Below are positions 26,201-40,000 of a stretch of DNA of 64,000 nucleotides, in pieces (the stretch's first letter is position 1; the number at the start of each line of letters is the position of its first letter). Source of the stretch: the human T2T-CHM13v2.0 reference genome, Homo sapiens; the NCBI RefSeq assembly GCF_009914755.1, contig NC_060939.1; one strand, written 5' to 3'. The notes beneath the pieces were generated by a model that saw only the letters and a list, made by a program, of their open reading frames with translations, was not told the DNA's origin and made no database searches. Position numbers and translations under genes: made by a program.

Positions 26201-26859
26201 TAACATTTGAGTCCATTCAATTCCATTCCTTTCGTTTCCATTCCATTTGATGCCATTCCATTCAATTCTGTTCTACTCGACTCCAATACATTCAATTCCA
26301 TTCCATCCGATTCCATTACATTCTTTTCATTTCTTATCCATTTCAAGCCATTCCACTCCATTCCATTCCACTCGTTTCCTTTCCATTCGAGTCCATTCCT
26401 CTCCAGTCCATTCCGTTCAATCCATTCCATTCCAGTCCATTCCATTCGAGTCCGTTCCATTCCAGTCCATTCCATTCGAGTCAATTCCATTCCATTCGAT
26501 GTCTTTCCATAACGATCCATTCCATTCTATTCCTTTCGATTCCATTCCATTCTATTTCATTCCATTCGATTCCCTTCCATTGGACTCCTTTCCATTCGAG
26601 TGCATTCCATTCCGTTCCATTTCTTTCCGTTCTGTACGATTCCTACCGTTCGATTTCATTTTGTTCCAGTCCATTCCTTTCGCGTCCATTCCATTCCATT
26701 TCACTCCATTCGATTCCATTCCACTCGATTCCACTTCGTTCCATTTCATTGCATTCCATTCTATTCAACTCTATTGCCTTCCATTCCATTCCATTCGATT
26801 ACATTCCATGCGATTCCATTCGAAATCGAATCAATTACATTGCAATCCATTACTATTGA

Positions 26860-29800
26860 GTCCGTTTTATTCCAGTCCACTGCATTCTGGTCCATTCCAT
26901 TTGATTCCATTCCATTCTATTCCATTCCATACAGTTGCATTCCTTTGGATTCCATGCTATATCTGTAAATTCAATTCGAGACCATTGCTTTTGAGTCCAT
27001 TCTATATGATTCCATTCCATTCAAGTCCATTACATTTGGTTCAATTCCATTCCATTCCATTCCCTTCCATTCCATTCCAGTTGATATCAATCCATTCGAT
27101 TCCATTCCATTCGAGCACATTCCATTCGAGTCCATTCCATTCGATGCCATTCCATTTGATTCTATTCCATTAGTCTCCATTCAATTCCATTAATCTCCAT
27201 TCCATTCCATTCTACTCCAACTGATTCCATTCCATTCTATTCCTTTCCATTCCATTTCATTCCATTCCATTCCATTTCATTCCATTCCATTCCATTCGTG
27301 TCCATTCCACTCCAGTCCATTCCATTCTTGTCCATTCCATTCCAGTCCATTCCATTTGTGTCCACTGCATTCCATTCCACTCCATTCCATATTATTCCAT
27401 TACACTCCATTCCATTCTATTATTTTCATTTCCATTCAATTCCATTCCATTTGATTCCATTCCACTCGGTTTCATTCCATTTGAGTCCACTCCATTCCAT
27501 TCCATTCCATTCCATTCCATTCAGTTCCATTCCATTCTGTTCCATTCCATTCCGTTCCATTACATTCCGTTCCATTCGGTACCATTCCATATTGTTCCAT
27601 TCAATTCCATTCGAATCCATTCCATTCCAGTCCATTCCATTCGATTCCATTCCATTCATTTCAATTCCATTCCATTCCATTCCATTCCATTCCACTTGAT
27701 TCCTCTCCATTCCCTTCCACTGCATTCCGTTCGATTCCATTCCATTGCATTGCATTCCATTCTATTGGATTGCATTCCATTCGATTCCATTCCATTCGAA
27801 TCAATTACATAGCAATCCATTACATTCGAGTCTATTCTATTCCGTTCCATTCGATTTCGTTCCAATCCATTCGATTCCATTCCATTCGATTCCATTCCAT
27901 ACTATTGCATTCCATTCTATTACATTATATTCGAATAAGTTCCATTCAAGACCATTTCTTTTGAGTCCATTCTATTTGAGTCCATTCCCTTTGATTCCAT
28001 AACATTTGAGTCCATTCAATTCCATTCCTTTCGTTCCGATTCCATTTGATGCCATTCCATTCAATTCTGTTCTACTCGACTCCAATACATTCAATTCCAT
28101 TCCATCCGATTCCATTACATTCTTTTCATTTCTTATCCATTTCAAGCCATTCCACTCCATTCCATTCCACTCGTTTCCTTTCCATTCGAGTCCATTCCTC
28201 TCCAGTCCATTCCGTTCAATCCATTCCATTCCAGTCCATTCCATTCGAGTCCGTTCCATTCCAGTCCACTCCATTCGAGTCAATTCCATCCCATTCGATG
28301 TCTTTCCATAACGATCCATTCCATTCTATTCCTTTCGATTCCATTCCATTCTATTTCATTCCATTCGATTCCCTTCCATTGGACTCCTTTCCATTCGAGT
28401 GCATTCCATTCCGTTCCATTTCTTTCCGTTCTGTACGATTCCTACCGTTCGATTTCATTTTGTTCCAGTCCATTCCTTTCGCGTCCATTCCATTCCATTT
28501 CACTCCATTCGATTCCATTCCACTCGATTCCACTTCGTTCCATTTCATTGCATTCCATTCTATTCAACTCTATTGCCTTCCATTCCATTCCATTCGATTA
28601 CATTCCATGCGATTCCATTCGAAATCGAGTCAATTACATTGCAATCCATTACTATTGAGTCCATTTTATTCCAGTCCACTGCATTCTGGTCCATTCCATT
28701 TGATTCCATTCCATTTATTCCATTCCATACAGTTGCATTCCATTGGATTCCATTCTATATCTATAAATTCAATTCGAGACCATTGCTTTTGAGTCCATTC
28801 TGTATGATTCCATTCCATTCAAGTCCATTACATTTGGTTCAATTCCATTACATTCCATTCCCTTCCATTCCATTCCAGTTGATATCAATCCATTCGATTC
28901 CATTCCATTCGAGCACATTCCATTCGAGTCCATTCCATTCGATGCCATTCCATTTGATTCTATTCCATTAGTCTCCATTCAATTCCATTAATCTCCATTC
29001 CATTCCATTCTACTCCAACTGATTCCATTCCATTCTATTCCTTTCCATTCCATTTCATTCCATTCCATTCCATTTCATTCCATTCCATTCCATTCGCTTC
29101 CATTCCATTCGTGTCCATTCCACTCCAGTCCATTCCATTCGTGTCCATTCCATTCCAGTCCATTCCATTTGTGTCCACTGCATTCCATTCCACTCCATTC
29201 CATATTATTCCATTACACTCCATTCCATTCTATTACTTTCATTTCCATTCAATTCCATTCCATTTGATTCCATTCCACTCGGTTTCATTCCATTTGAGTC
29301 CACTCCATTCCATTCCATTCAGTTCCATTCTATTCTGTTCCATTCCATTCCGTTCCATTGCATTCCATTCCATTCGGTACCATTCCATATTGTTCCATTC
29401 GATTCCATTCGAATCCATTCCATTCCATTCGATTCCATTCCATTCCTTTCCATTCCATTCCATTCCATTCCATTCCATTCCACTTGATTCCACTCCATTC
29501 CCTTCCACTGCATTCCATTCGATGCCATTCCATTGCATTGCATTCCATTCCATTGGACTGCATTCCATTCGATTCCATTCCATTCGTATCAATTACATAG
29601 CAATCCATTACATTCGAGTCTATTCTATTCCGTTCCATTCGATTTCATTCCAATCCATTCGATTCCATTCCATACTATTGCATTCCATTCGATTACATTA
29701 TATTCGAATAAGTTCCATTCAAGACCATTTCTTTTGAGTCCATTCTATTTGAGTCCATTCCCTTTGATTCCATAACATTTGAGTCCATTCAATTCCTTTC

Positions 29801-32800
29801 CTTTCGTTTCCATTCCATTTGATGCCATTCCATTCAATTCTGTTCTACTCGACTCCAATACATTGAATTCTATTCCATCCGATTCCATTACATTCTTTTC
29901 ATTTCTTATCCATTTCAAGCCATTCCACTCCATTCCATTCCACTCGTTTCCTTTCCATTCGAGTCCATTCCTCTCCAGTCCATTCCGTTCAATCCATTCC
30001 ATTCCAGTCCATTCCATTCGAGTCCGTTCCATTCCAGTCCATTCCATTCGAGTCAATTCCATCCCATTCGATGTCTTTCCATAACGATCCATTCCATTCT
30101 ATTCCTTTCGATTCCATTCCTTTCTATTTCATTCCATTCGATTCCCTTCCATTGGACTCCTTTCCATTCGAGTGCATTCCATTCCGTTCCATTTCTTTCC
30201 GTTCTGTACGATTCCTACCGTTCGATTTCATTTTGTTCCAGTCCATTCCTTTCGCGTCCATTCCATTCCATTTCACTCCATTCGATTCCATTCCACTCGA
30301 TTCCACTTCGTTCCATTTCATTGCATTCCATTCTATTCAACTCTATTGCCTTCCATTCCATTCCATTCGATTACATTCCATGCGATTCCATTTGAAATCG
30401 AATCAATTACATTGCAATCCATTACTATTGAGTCCATTTTATTCCAGTCCACTGCATTCTGGTCCATTCCATTTGATTCCATTCCATTCTATTCCATTCC
30501 ATACAGTTGCATTCCATTGGATTCCATTCTATATCTATAAATTCAATTCGAGACCATTGCTTTTGAGTCCATTCTATATGATTCCATTCCATTCAAGTCC
30601 ATTACATTTGGTTCAATTCCATTCCATTCCATTCCCTTCCATTCCAGTTGATATCAATCCATTCGATTCCATTCCATTCGAGCACATTCCATTCGAGTCC
30701 ATTCCATTCGATGCCATTCCATTTGATTCCATTCCATTAGTCTCCATTCAATTCCATTAATCTCCATTCCATTCCATTCTACTCCAACTGATTCCATTCC
30801 ATTCTATTCCTTTCCATTCCATTTCATTCCATTCCATTCCATTTCATTCCATTCCATTCCATTCGCTTCCATTCCATTCGTGTCCATTCCACTCCAGTCC
30901 ATTCCATTCATGTCCATTCCATTCCAGTCCATTCCATTTGTGTCCACTGCATTCCATTCCACTCCATTCCATATTATTCCATTACACTCCATTCCATTCT
31001 ATTACTTTCATTTCCATTCAATTCCATTCCATTTGATTCCATTCCACTGGGTTTCATTCCATTTGAATCCACTCCATTCCATTCCATTCCATTCAATTCA
31101 GTTCCATTCTATTCTGTTCCATTCCATTCCGTTCCATTGAATTCCATTCCATTCGGTACCATTCCATATTGTTCCATTCGATTCCATTCGAATCCATTCC
31201 ATTCCAGTCCATTCCATTCGATTCCATTCCATTCCTTTCAATTCCATTCCATTCCATTCCATTCCACTTGATTCCACTCCATTCCCTTCCACTGCATTCC
31301 ATTCGATTCCGTTCCATTGCATTGCATTCCATTCCATTGGACTGCATTCCATGCGATTCCATTCCATTCGAATCAATTACATAGCAATCCATTACATTCG
31401 AGTCTATTCTATTCCGTTCCATTCGATTTCATTCCAATCCATTCGATTCCATTCCATTCGATTCCATTCCATACTATTGCATTCCATTCGATTACATTAT
31501 ATTCGAATAAGTTCCATTCAAGACCATTTCTTTTGAGTCCATTCTATTTGAGTCCATTCCCTTTGATTCCATAACATTTGAGTCCATTCAATTCCATTCC
31601 TTTCGTTTCCATTCCATTTGATGCCATTCCATTCAATTCTGTTCTACTCGACTCCAATACATTCAATTCCATTCCATCCGATTCCATTACATTCTTTTCA
31701 TTTCTTATCCATTTCAAGCCATTCCACTCCATTCCATTCCACTCGTTTCCTTTCCATTCGAGTCCATTCCTCTCCAGTCCATTCCGTTCAATCCATTCCA
31801 TTCCAGTCCATTCCATTCGAGTCCGTTCCATTCCAGTCCATTCCATTCGAGTCAATTCCATCCCATTCGATGTCTTTCCATAACGATCCATTCCATTCTA
31901 TTCCTTTCGATTCCATTCCATTCTATTTCATTCCATTCGATTCCCTTCCATTGGACTCCTTTCCATTCGAGTGCATTCCATTCCGTTCCATTTCTTTCCG
32001 TTCTGTACGATTCCTACCGTTCGATTTCATTTTGTTCCAGTCCATTCCTTTCGCGTCCATTCCATTCCATTTCACTCCATTCGATTCCATTCCACTCGAT
32101 TCCACTTCGTTCCATTTCATTGCATTCCATTCTATTCAACTCTATTGCCTTCCATTCCATTCCATTCAATTACATTCCATGCGATTCCATTCGAAATCGA
32201 ATCAATTACATTGCAATCCATTACTATTGAGTCCATTTTATTCCAGTCCACTGCATTCTGGTCCATTCCATTTGATTCCATTCCATTCTATTCCATTCCA
32301 TACAGTTGCATTCCATTGGATTCCATTCTATATCTATAAATTCAATTCGAGACCATTGCTTTTGAGTCCATTCTATATGATTCCATTCCATTCAAGTCCA
32401 TTACATTTGGTTCAATTCCATTCCATTCCATTCCCTTCCATTCCATTCCAGTTGATATCAATCCATTCGATTCCATTCCATTCGAGCACATTCCATTCGA
32501 GTCCATTCCATTCGATGCCATTCCATTTGATTCTATTCCATTAGTCTCCATTCAATTCCATTAATCTCCATTCCATTCCATTCTATTCCAACTGATTCCA
32601 TTCCATTCTATTCCTTTCCATTCCATTTCATTCCATTCCATTCCATTTCATTCCATTCCATTCCATTCGCTTCCATTCCATTCGTGTCCATTCCACTCCA
32701 GTCCATTCCATTCGTGTCCATTCCATTCCAGTCCATTCCATTTGTGTCCACTGCATTCCATTCCACTCCATACCATATTATTCCATTACACTCCATTCCA

Positions 32801-35800
32801 TTCTATTACTTTCATTTCCATTCAATTCCATTCCATTTGATTCCACTCCACTCGGTTTCATTCCATTTGAGTCCACTCCATTCCATTCCATTCCATTCCA
32901 TTCAGTTCCATTCCATTCTGTTCCATTCCATTCCGTTCCATTGCATTCCATTCCATTCGGTAACATTCCATATTGTTCCATTCGATTCCATTCGAATCCA
33001 TTCCATTCCAGTCCATTCCATTCGATTCCATTCCATTCCTTTCAATTCCATTCCATTCCATTCCATTCCACTTGATTCCACTCCATTCCCTTCCACTGCA
33101 TTCCATTCGATTCCATTCCATTGCATTGCATTCCATTCCATTGGACTGCATTCCATTCGATTCCATTCCATTCGAATCAATTACATAGCAATCCATTACA
33201 TTCGAGTCTATTCTATTCCGTTCCATTCGATTTCGTTCCAACCCCTTCGATTCCATTCCATTCGATTCCATTCCATACTATTGCATTCCATTCTATTACA
33301 TTATATTCGAATAAGTTCCATTCAAGACCATTTCTTTTGAGTCCATTCTATTTGAGTCCATTCCCTTTGATTCCATAACATTTGAGTCCATTCAATTCCA
33401 TTCCTTTCGTTTCCATTCCATTTGATGCCATTCCATTCAATTCTGTTCTACTCGACTCCAATACATTCAATTCCATTCCATCCGATTCCATTACATTCTT
33501 TTCATTTCTTATCCATTTCAAGCCATTCCACTCCATTCCATTCCACTCGTTTCCTTTCCATTCGAGTCCATTCCTCTCCAGTCCATTCCATTCAATCCAT
33601 TCCATTCCAGTCCATTCCATTCGAGTCCGTTCCATTCCAGTCCATTCCATTCGAGTCAATTCCATTCCATTCGATGTCTTTCCATAACGATCCATTCCAT
33701 TCTATTCCTTTCGATTCCATTCCATTCTATTTCATTCCATTCGATTCCCTTCCATTGGACTCCTTTCCATTCGAGTGCATTCCATTCCGTTCCATTTCTT
33801 TCCGTTCTGTACGATTCCTACCGTTCGATTTCATTTTGTTCCAGTCCATTCCTTTCGCGTCCATTCCATTCCATTTCACTCCATTCGATTCCATTCCACT
33901 CGATTCCACTTCGTTCCATTTCATTGCATTCCATTCTATTCAACTCTATTGCCTTCCATTCCATTCCATTCGATTACATTCCATGCGATTCCATTCGAAA
34001 TCGAATCAATTACATTGCAATCCATTACTATTGAGTCCGTTTTATTCCAGTCCACTGCATTCTGGTCCATTCCATTTGATTCCATTCCATTCTATTCCAT
34101 TCCATACAGTTGCATTCCATTGGATTCCATGCTATATCTATAAATTAAATTCGAGACCATTGCTTTTGAGTCCATTCTATATGATTCCATTCCATTCAAG
34201 TCCATTACATTTGGTTCCATTCCATTCCATTCCATTCCCTTCCATTCCATTCCATTTGATATCAATCCATTCGACTCCATTCCATTCGAGCACATTCCAT
34301 TCGAGTCCATTCCATTCGATGCCATTCCATTTGATTCTATTCCATTAGTCTCCATTCAATTCCATTAATCTCCATTCCATTCCATTCTACTCCAACTGAT
34401 TCCATTCCATTCTATTCCTTTCCATTCCATTTCATTCCATTCCATTCCATTTCATTCCATTCCATTCCATTCGTGTCCATTCCACTCCAGTCCATTCCAT
34501 TCGTGTCCATTCCATTCCAGTCCATTCCATTTGTGTCCACTGCATTAAATTCCACTCCATTCCATATTATTCCATTACACTCCATTCCATTCTATTACTT
34601 TCATTTCCATTCAATTCCATTCCATTTGATTCCATTCCACTCGGTTTCATTCCATTTGAGTCCACTCCATTACATTCCATTCCATTCCATTCAGTTAAAT
34701 TCCATTCTGTTCCATTCCATTCCGTTCCATTACATTCCATTGCATTCGGTACCATTCCATATTGTTCCTTTCGATTCCATTCGAATCCATTCCATTCCGG
34801 TCCATTCCATTCGATTCCATTCCATTCATTTCAATTCCATTCCATTCCATTCCATTACATTCCACTTGATTCCTCTCCATTCCCTTCCACTGCATTCCGT
34901 TCGATTCCATTCCATTGCATTGCATTCCATTCCATTGGATTGCATTCCATTCGATTCCATTCCATTCGAATCAATTACATAGCAATCCATTACATTCGAG
35001 TCTATTCTATTCCGTTCCATTCGATTTCTTTCCAATCCATTTGATTCCATTCCATTCGATTCCATTCCATACTATTGCATTCCATTTGATTACATTATAT
35101 TCGAATAAGTTCCATTCAAGACCATTTCTTTGAGTCCATTCTATTTGAGTCCATTCCCTTTGATTCCATAACATTTGAGTCCATTCAATTCCATTCCTTT
35201 CGTTTCCATTCCATTTGATGCCATTCCATTCAATTCTGTTCTACTCGACTCCAATACATTCAATTCCATTCCATCCGATTCCATTACATTCTTTTCATTT
35301 CTTATCCATTTCAAGCCATTCCACTCCATTCCATTCCACTCGTTTCCTTTCCATTCGAGTCCATTCCTCTCCAGTCCATTCCGTTCAATCCATTCCATTC
35401 CAGTCCATTCCATTCGAGTCCGTTCCATTCCAGTCCATTCCATTCGAGTCAATTCCATCCCATTCGATGTCTTTCCATAACGATCCATTCCATTCTATTC
35501 CTTTCGATTCCATTCCATTGTATTTCATTCCATTCGATTCCCTTCCATTGGACTCCTTTCCATTCGAGTGCATTCCATTCCGTTCCATTTCTTTCCGTTC
35601 TGTACGATTCCTACCGTTCGATTTCATTTTGTTACAGTCCATTCCTTTCGCGTCCATTCCATTCCATTTCACTACATTCGATTCCATTCCACTCGATTCC
35701 ACTTCGTTCCATTTCATTGCATTCCATTCTATTCAACTCTATTGCCTTCCATTCCATTCCATTCGATTACATTCCATGCGATTCCATTCGAAATCGAATC

Positions 35801-37000
35801 AATTACATTGCAATCCATTACTATTGAGTCCGTTTTATTCCAGTCCACTGCATTCTGGTCCATTCCATTTGATTCCATTCCATTCTATTCCATTCCATAC
35901 AGTTGCATTCCATTGGATTCCATTCTATATCTATAAATTCAATTCGAGACCATTGCTTTTGAGTCCATTCTATATGATTCCATTCCATTCAAGTCCATTA
36001 CATTTGGTTCAATTCCATTCCATTCCATTCCCTTCCATTCCATTCCAGTTGATATCAATCCATTCGATTCCATTCCATTCGAGCACATTCCATTCGAGTC
36101 CATTCCATTCGATGCCATTCCATTTGATTCTATTCCATTAGTCTCCATTCAATTCCATTAATCTCCATTCCATTCCATTCTACTCCAACTGATTCCATTC
36201 CATTCTATTCCTTTCCATTCCATTTCATTCCATTCCATTCCATTTCATTCCATTCCATTCCATTCCCTTCATTCCATTCGTGTCCATTCCACTCCAGTCC
36301 ATTCCATTCGTGTCCATTCCATTCCAGTCCATTCCATTTGTGTCCACTGCATTCCATTCCACTCCATTCCATATTATTCCATTACACTCTCTTCCATTCT
36401 ATTACTTTCATTTCCATTCAATTCCATTCCATTTGATTCCATTCCACTCGGTTTCATTCCATTTGAGTCCACTCCATTCCATTCCATTCCATTCCATTCA
36501 GTTCCATTCCATTCTGTTCCATTCCATTCCGTTCCATTACATTCCATTCCATTCGGTACCATTCCATATTGTTCCATTTGATTCCATTCGAATCCATTCC
36601 ATTCCAGTCCATTCCATTCGATTCCATTCCATTCATTTCAATTCCATTCCATTCCATTCCATTCCATTCCACTTGATTCCTCTCCATTCCCTTCCACTGC
36701 ATTCCGTTCGATTCCATTCCATTGCATTGCATTCCATTCCATTGGATTGCATTCCACTCGATTCCATTCCATTCGAATCAATTACATAGCAATCCATTAC
36801 ATTCGAGTCTATTCTATTCCGTTCCATTCGATTTCGTTCCAATCCATTCGATTCCATTCCATTCGATTCCATTCCATACTATTGCATTCCATTCGATTAC
36901 ATTATATTCGAATAAGTTCCATTCAAGACCATTTCTTTTGAGTCCATTCTATTTGAGTCCATTCCCTTTGATTCCATAACATTTGAGTCCATTCAATTCC
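26860..37000 (+). repeat. More diverged, heterogeneous monomer zone
   Basis: Irregular unit lengths (1813, 1769, 1804, 1789, 1807, 1809), many private substitutions, and broken ORF patterns in the six-frame track. Confidence 0.75.
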
Positions 37001-37022
37001 ATTCCTTTCGTTTCCATTCCAT

Positions 37023-40000
37023 TTGATGCCATTCCATTCAATTCTGTTCTACTCGACTCCAATACATTCAATTCCATTCCATCCGATTCCATTACATTCT
37101 TTTCATTTCTTATCCATTTCAAGCCATTCCACTCCATTCCATTCCACTCGTTTCCTTTCCATTCGAGTCCATTCCTCTCCAGTCCATTCCGTTCAATCCA
37201 TTCCATTCCAGTCCATTCCATTCGAGTCCGTTCCATTCCAGTCCATTCCATTCGAGTCAATTCCATCCCATTCGATGTCTTTCCATAACGATCCATTCCA
37301 TTCTATTCCTTTCGATTCCATTCCATTCTATTTCATTCCATTCGATTCCCTTCCATTGGACTCCTTTCCATTCGAGTGCATTCCATTCCGTTCCATTTCT
37401 TTCCGTTCTGTACGATTCCTACCGTTCGATTTCATTTTGTTCCAGTCCATTCCTTTCGCGTCCATTCCATTCCATTTCACTCCATTCGATTCCATTCCAC
37501 TCGATTCCACTTCGTTCCATTTCATTGCATTCCATTCTATTCAACTCTATTGCCTTCCATTCCATTCCATTCGATTACATTCCATGCGATTCCATTCGAA
37601 ATCGAATCAATTACATTGCAATCCATTACTATTGAGTCCGTTTTATTCCAGTCCACTGCATTCTGGTCCATTCCATTTGATTCCATTCCATTCTATTCCA
37701 TTCCATACAGTTGCATTCCATTGGATTCCATGCTATATCTATAAATTCAATTCGAGACCATTGCTTTTGAGTCCATTCTATATGATTCCATTCCATTCAA
37801 GTCCATTACATTTGGTTCAATTCCATTCCATTCCATTCCCTTCCATTCCATTCCAGTTGATATCAATCCATTCGATTCCATTCCATTCGAGCACATTCCA
37901 TTCGAGTCCATTCCATTCGATGCCATTCCATTTGATTCTATTCCATTAGTCTCCATTCAATTCCATTAATCTCCATTCCATTCCATTCTACTCCAACTGA
38001 TTCCATTCCATTCTATTCCTTTCCATTCCATTTCATTCCATTCCATTCCATTTCATTCCATTCCATTCCATTCGCTTCCATTCCATTCGTGTCCATTCCA
38101 CTCCAGTCCATTCCATTCGTGTCCATTCCATTCCAGTCCATTCCATTTGTGTCCACTGCATTCCATTCCACTCCATTCCATATTATTCCATTACACTCCA
38201 TTCCATTCTATTACTTTCATTTCCATTCAATTCCATTCCATTTGATTCCATTCCACTCGGTTTCATTCCATTTGAGTCCACTCCATTCCATTCCATTCCA
38301 TTCCATTCAGTTCCATTCCATTCTGTTCCATTCCATTCCGTTCCATTGCATTCCATTCCATTCGGTAACATTCCATATTGTTCCATTCGATTCCATTCGA
38401 ATCCATTCCATTCCAGTCCATTCCATTCGATTCCATTCCATTCCTTTCAATTCCATTCCATTCCATTCCATTCCACTTGATTCCACTCCATTCCCTTCCA
38501 CTGCATTCCATTCGATTCCATTCCATTGCATTGCATTCCATTCCATTGGACTGCATTCCATTCGATTCCATTCCATTCGAATCAATTACATAGCAATCCA
38601 TTACATTCGAGTCTATTCTATTCCGTTCCATTCGATTTCGTTCCAATCCATTCGATTCCATTCCATTCGATTCCATTCCATACTATTGCATTCCATTCGA
38701 TTACATTATATTCGAATAAGTTCCATTCAAGACCATTTCTTTTGAGTCCATTCTATTTGAGTCCATTCCCTTTGATTCCATAACATTTGAGTCCATTCAA
38801 TTCCATTCCTTTCGTTTCCATTCCATTTGATGCCATTCCATTCAATTCTGTTCTACTCGACTCCAATACATTCAATTCCATTCCATCCGATTCCATTACA
38901 TTCTTTTCATTTCTTATCCATTTCAAGCCATTCCACTCCATTCCATTCCACTCGTTTCCTTTCCATTCGAGTCCATTCCTCTCCAGTCCATTCCGTTCAA
39001 TCCATTCCATTCCAGTCCATTCCATTCGAGTCCGTTCCATTCCAGTCCATTCCATTCGAGTCAATTCCATCCCATTCGATGTCTTTCCATAACGATCCAT
39101 TCCATTCTATTCCTTTCGATTCCATTCCATTCTATTTCATTCCATTCGATTCCCTTCCATTGGACTCCTTTCCATTCGAGTGCATTCCATTCCGTTCCAT
39201 TTCTTTCCGTTCTGTACGATTCCTACCGTTCGATTTCATTTTGTTCCAGTCCATTCCTTTCGCGTCCATTCCATTCCATTTCACTCCATTCGATTCCATT
39301 CCACTCGATTCCACTTCGTTCCATTTCATTGCATTCCATTCTATTCAACTCTATTGCCTTCCATTCCATTCCATTCGATTACATTCCATGCGATTCCATT
39401 CGAAATCGAATCAATTACATTGCAATCCATTACTATTGAGTCCGTTTTATTCCAGTCCACTGCATTCTGGTCCATTCCATTTGATTCCATTCCATTCTAT
39501 TCCATTCCATACAGTTGCATTCCATTGGATTCCATGCTATATCTATAAATTCAATTCGAGACCATTGCTTTTGAGTCCATTCTATATGATTCCATTCCAT
39601 TCAAGTCCATTACATTTGGTTCAATTCCATTCCATTCCATTCCCTTCCATTCAATTCCAGTTGATATCAATCCATTCGATTCCATTCCATTCGAGCACAA
39701 TCCATTCGAGTCCATTCCATTCGATGCCATTCCATTTGATTCTATTCCATTAGTCTCCATTCAATTCCATTAATCTCCATTCCATTCCATTCTACTCCAA
39801 CTGATTCCATTCCATTCTATTCCTTTCCATTCCATTTCATTCCATTCCATTCCATTTCATTCCATTCCATTCCATTCGCTTCCATTCCATTCGTGTCCAT
39901 TCCACTCCAGTCCATTCCATTCGTGTCCATTCCATTCCAGTCCATTCCATTTGTGTCCACTGCATTCCATTCCACTCCATTCCATATTATTCCATTACAC

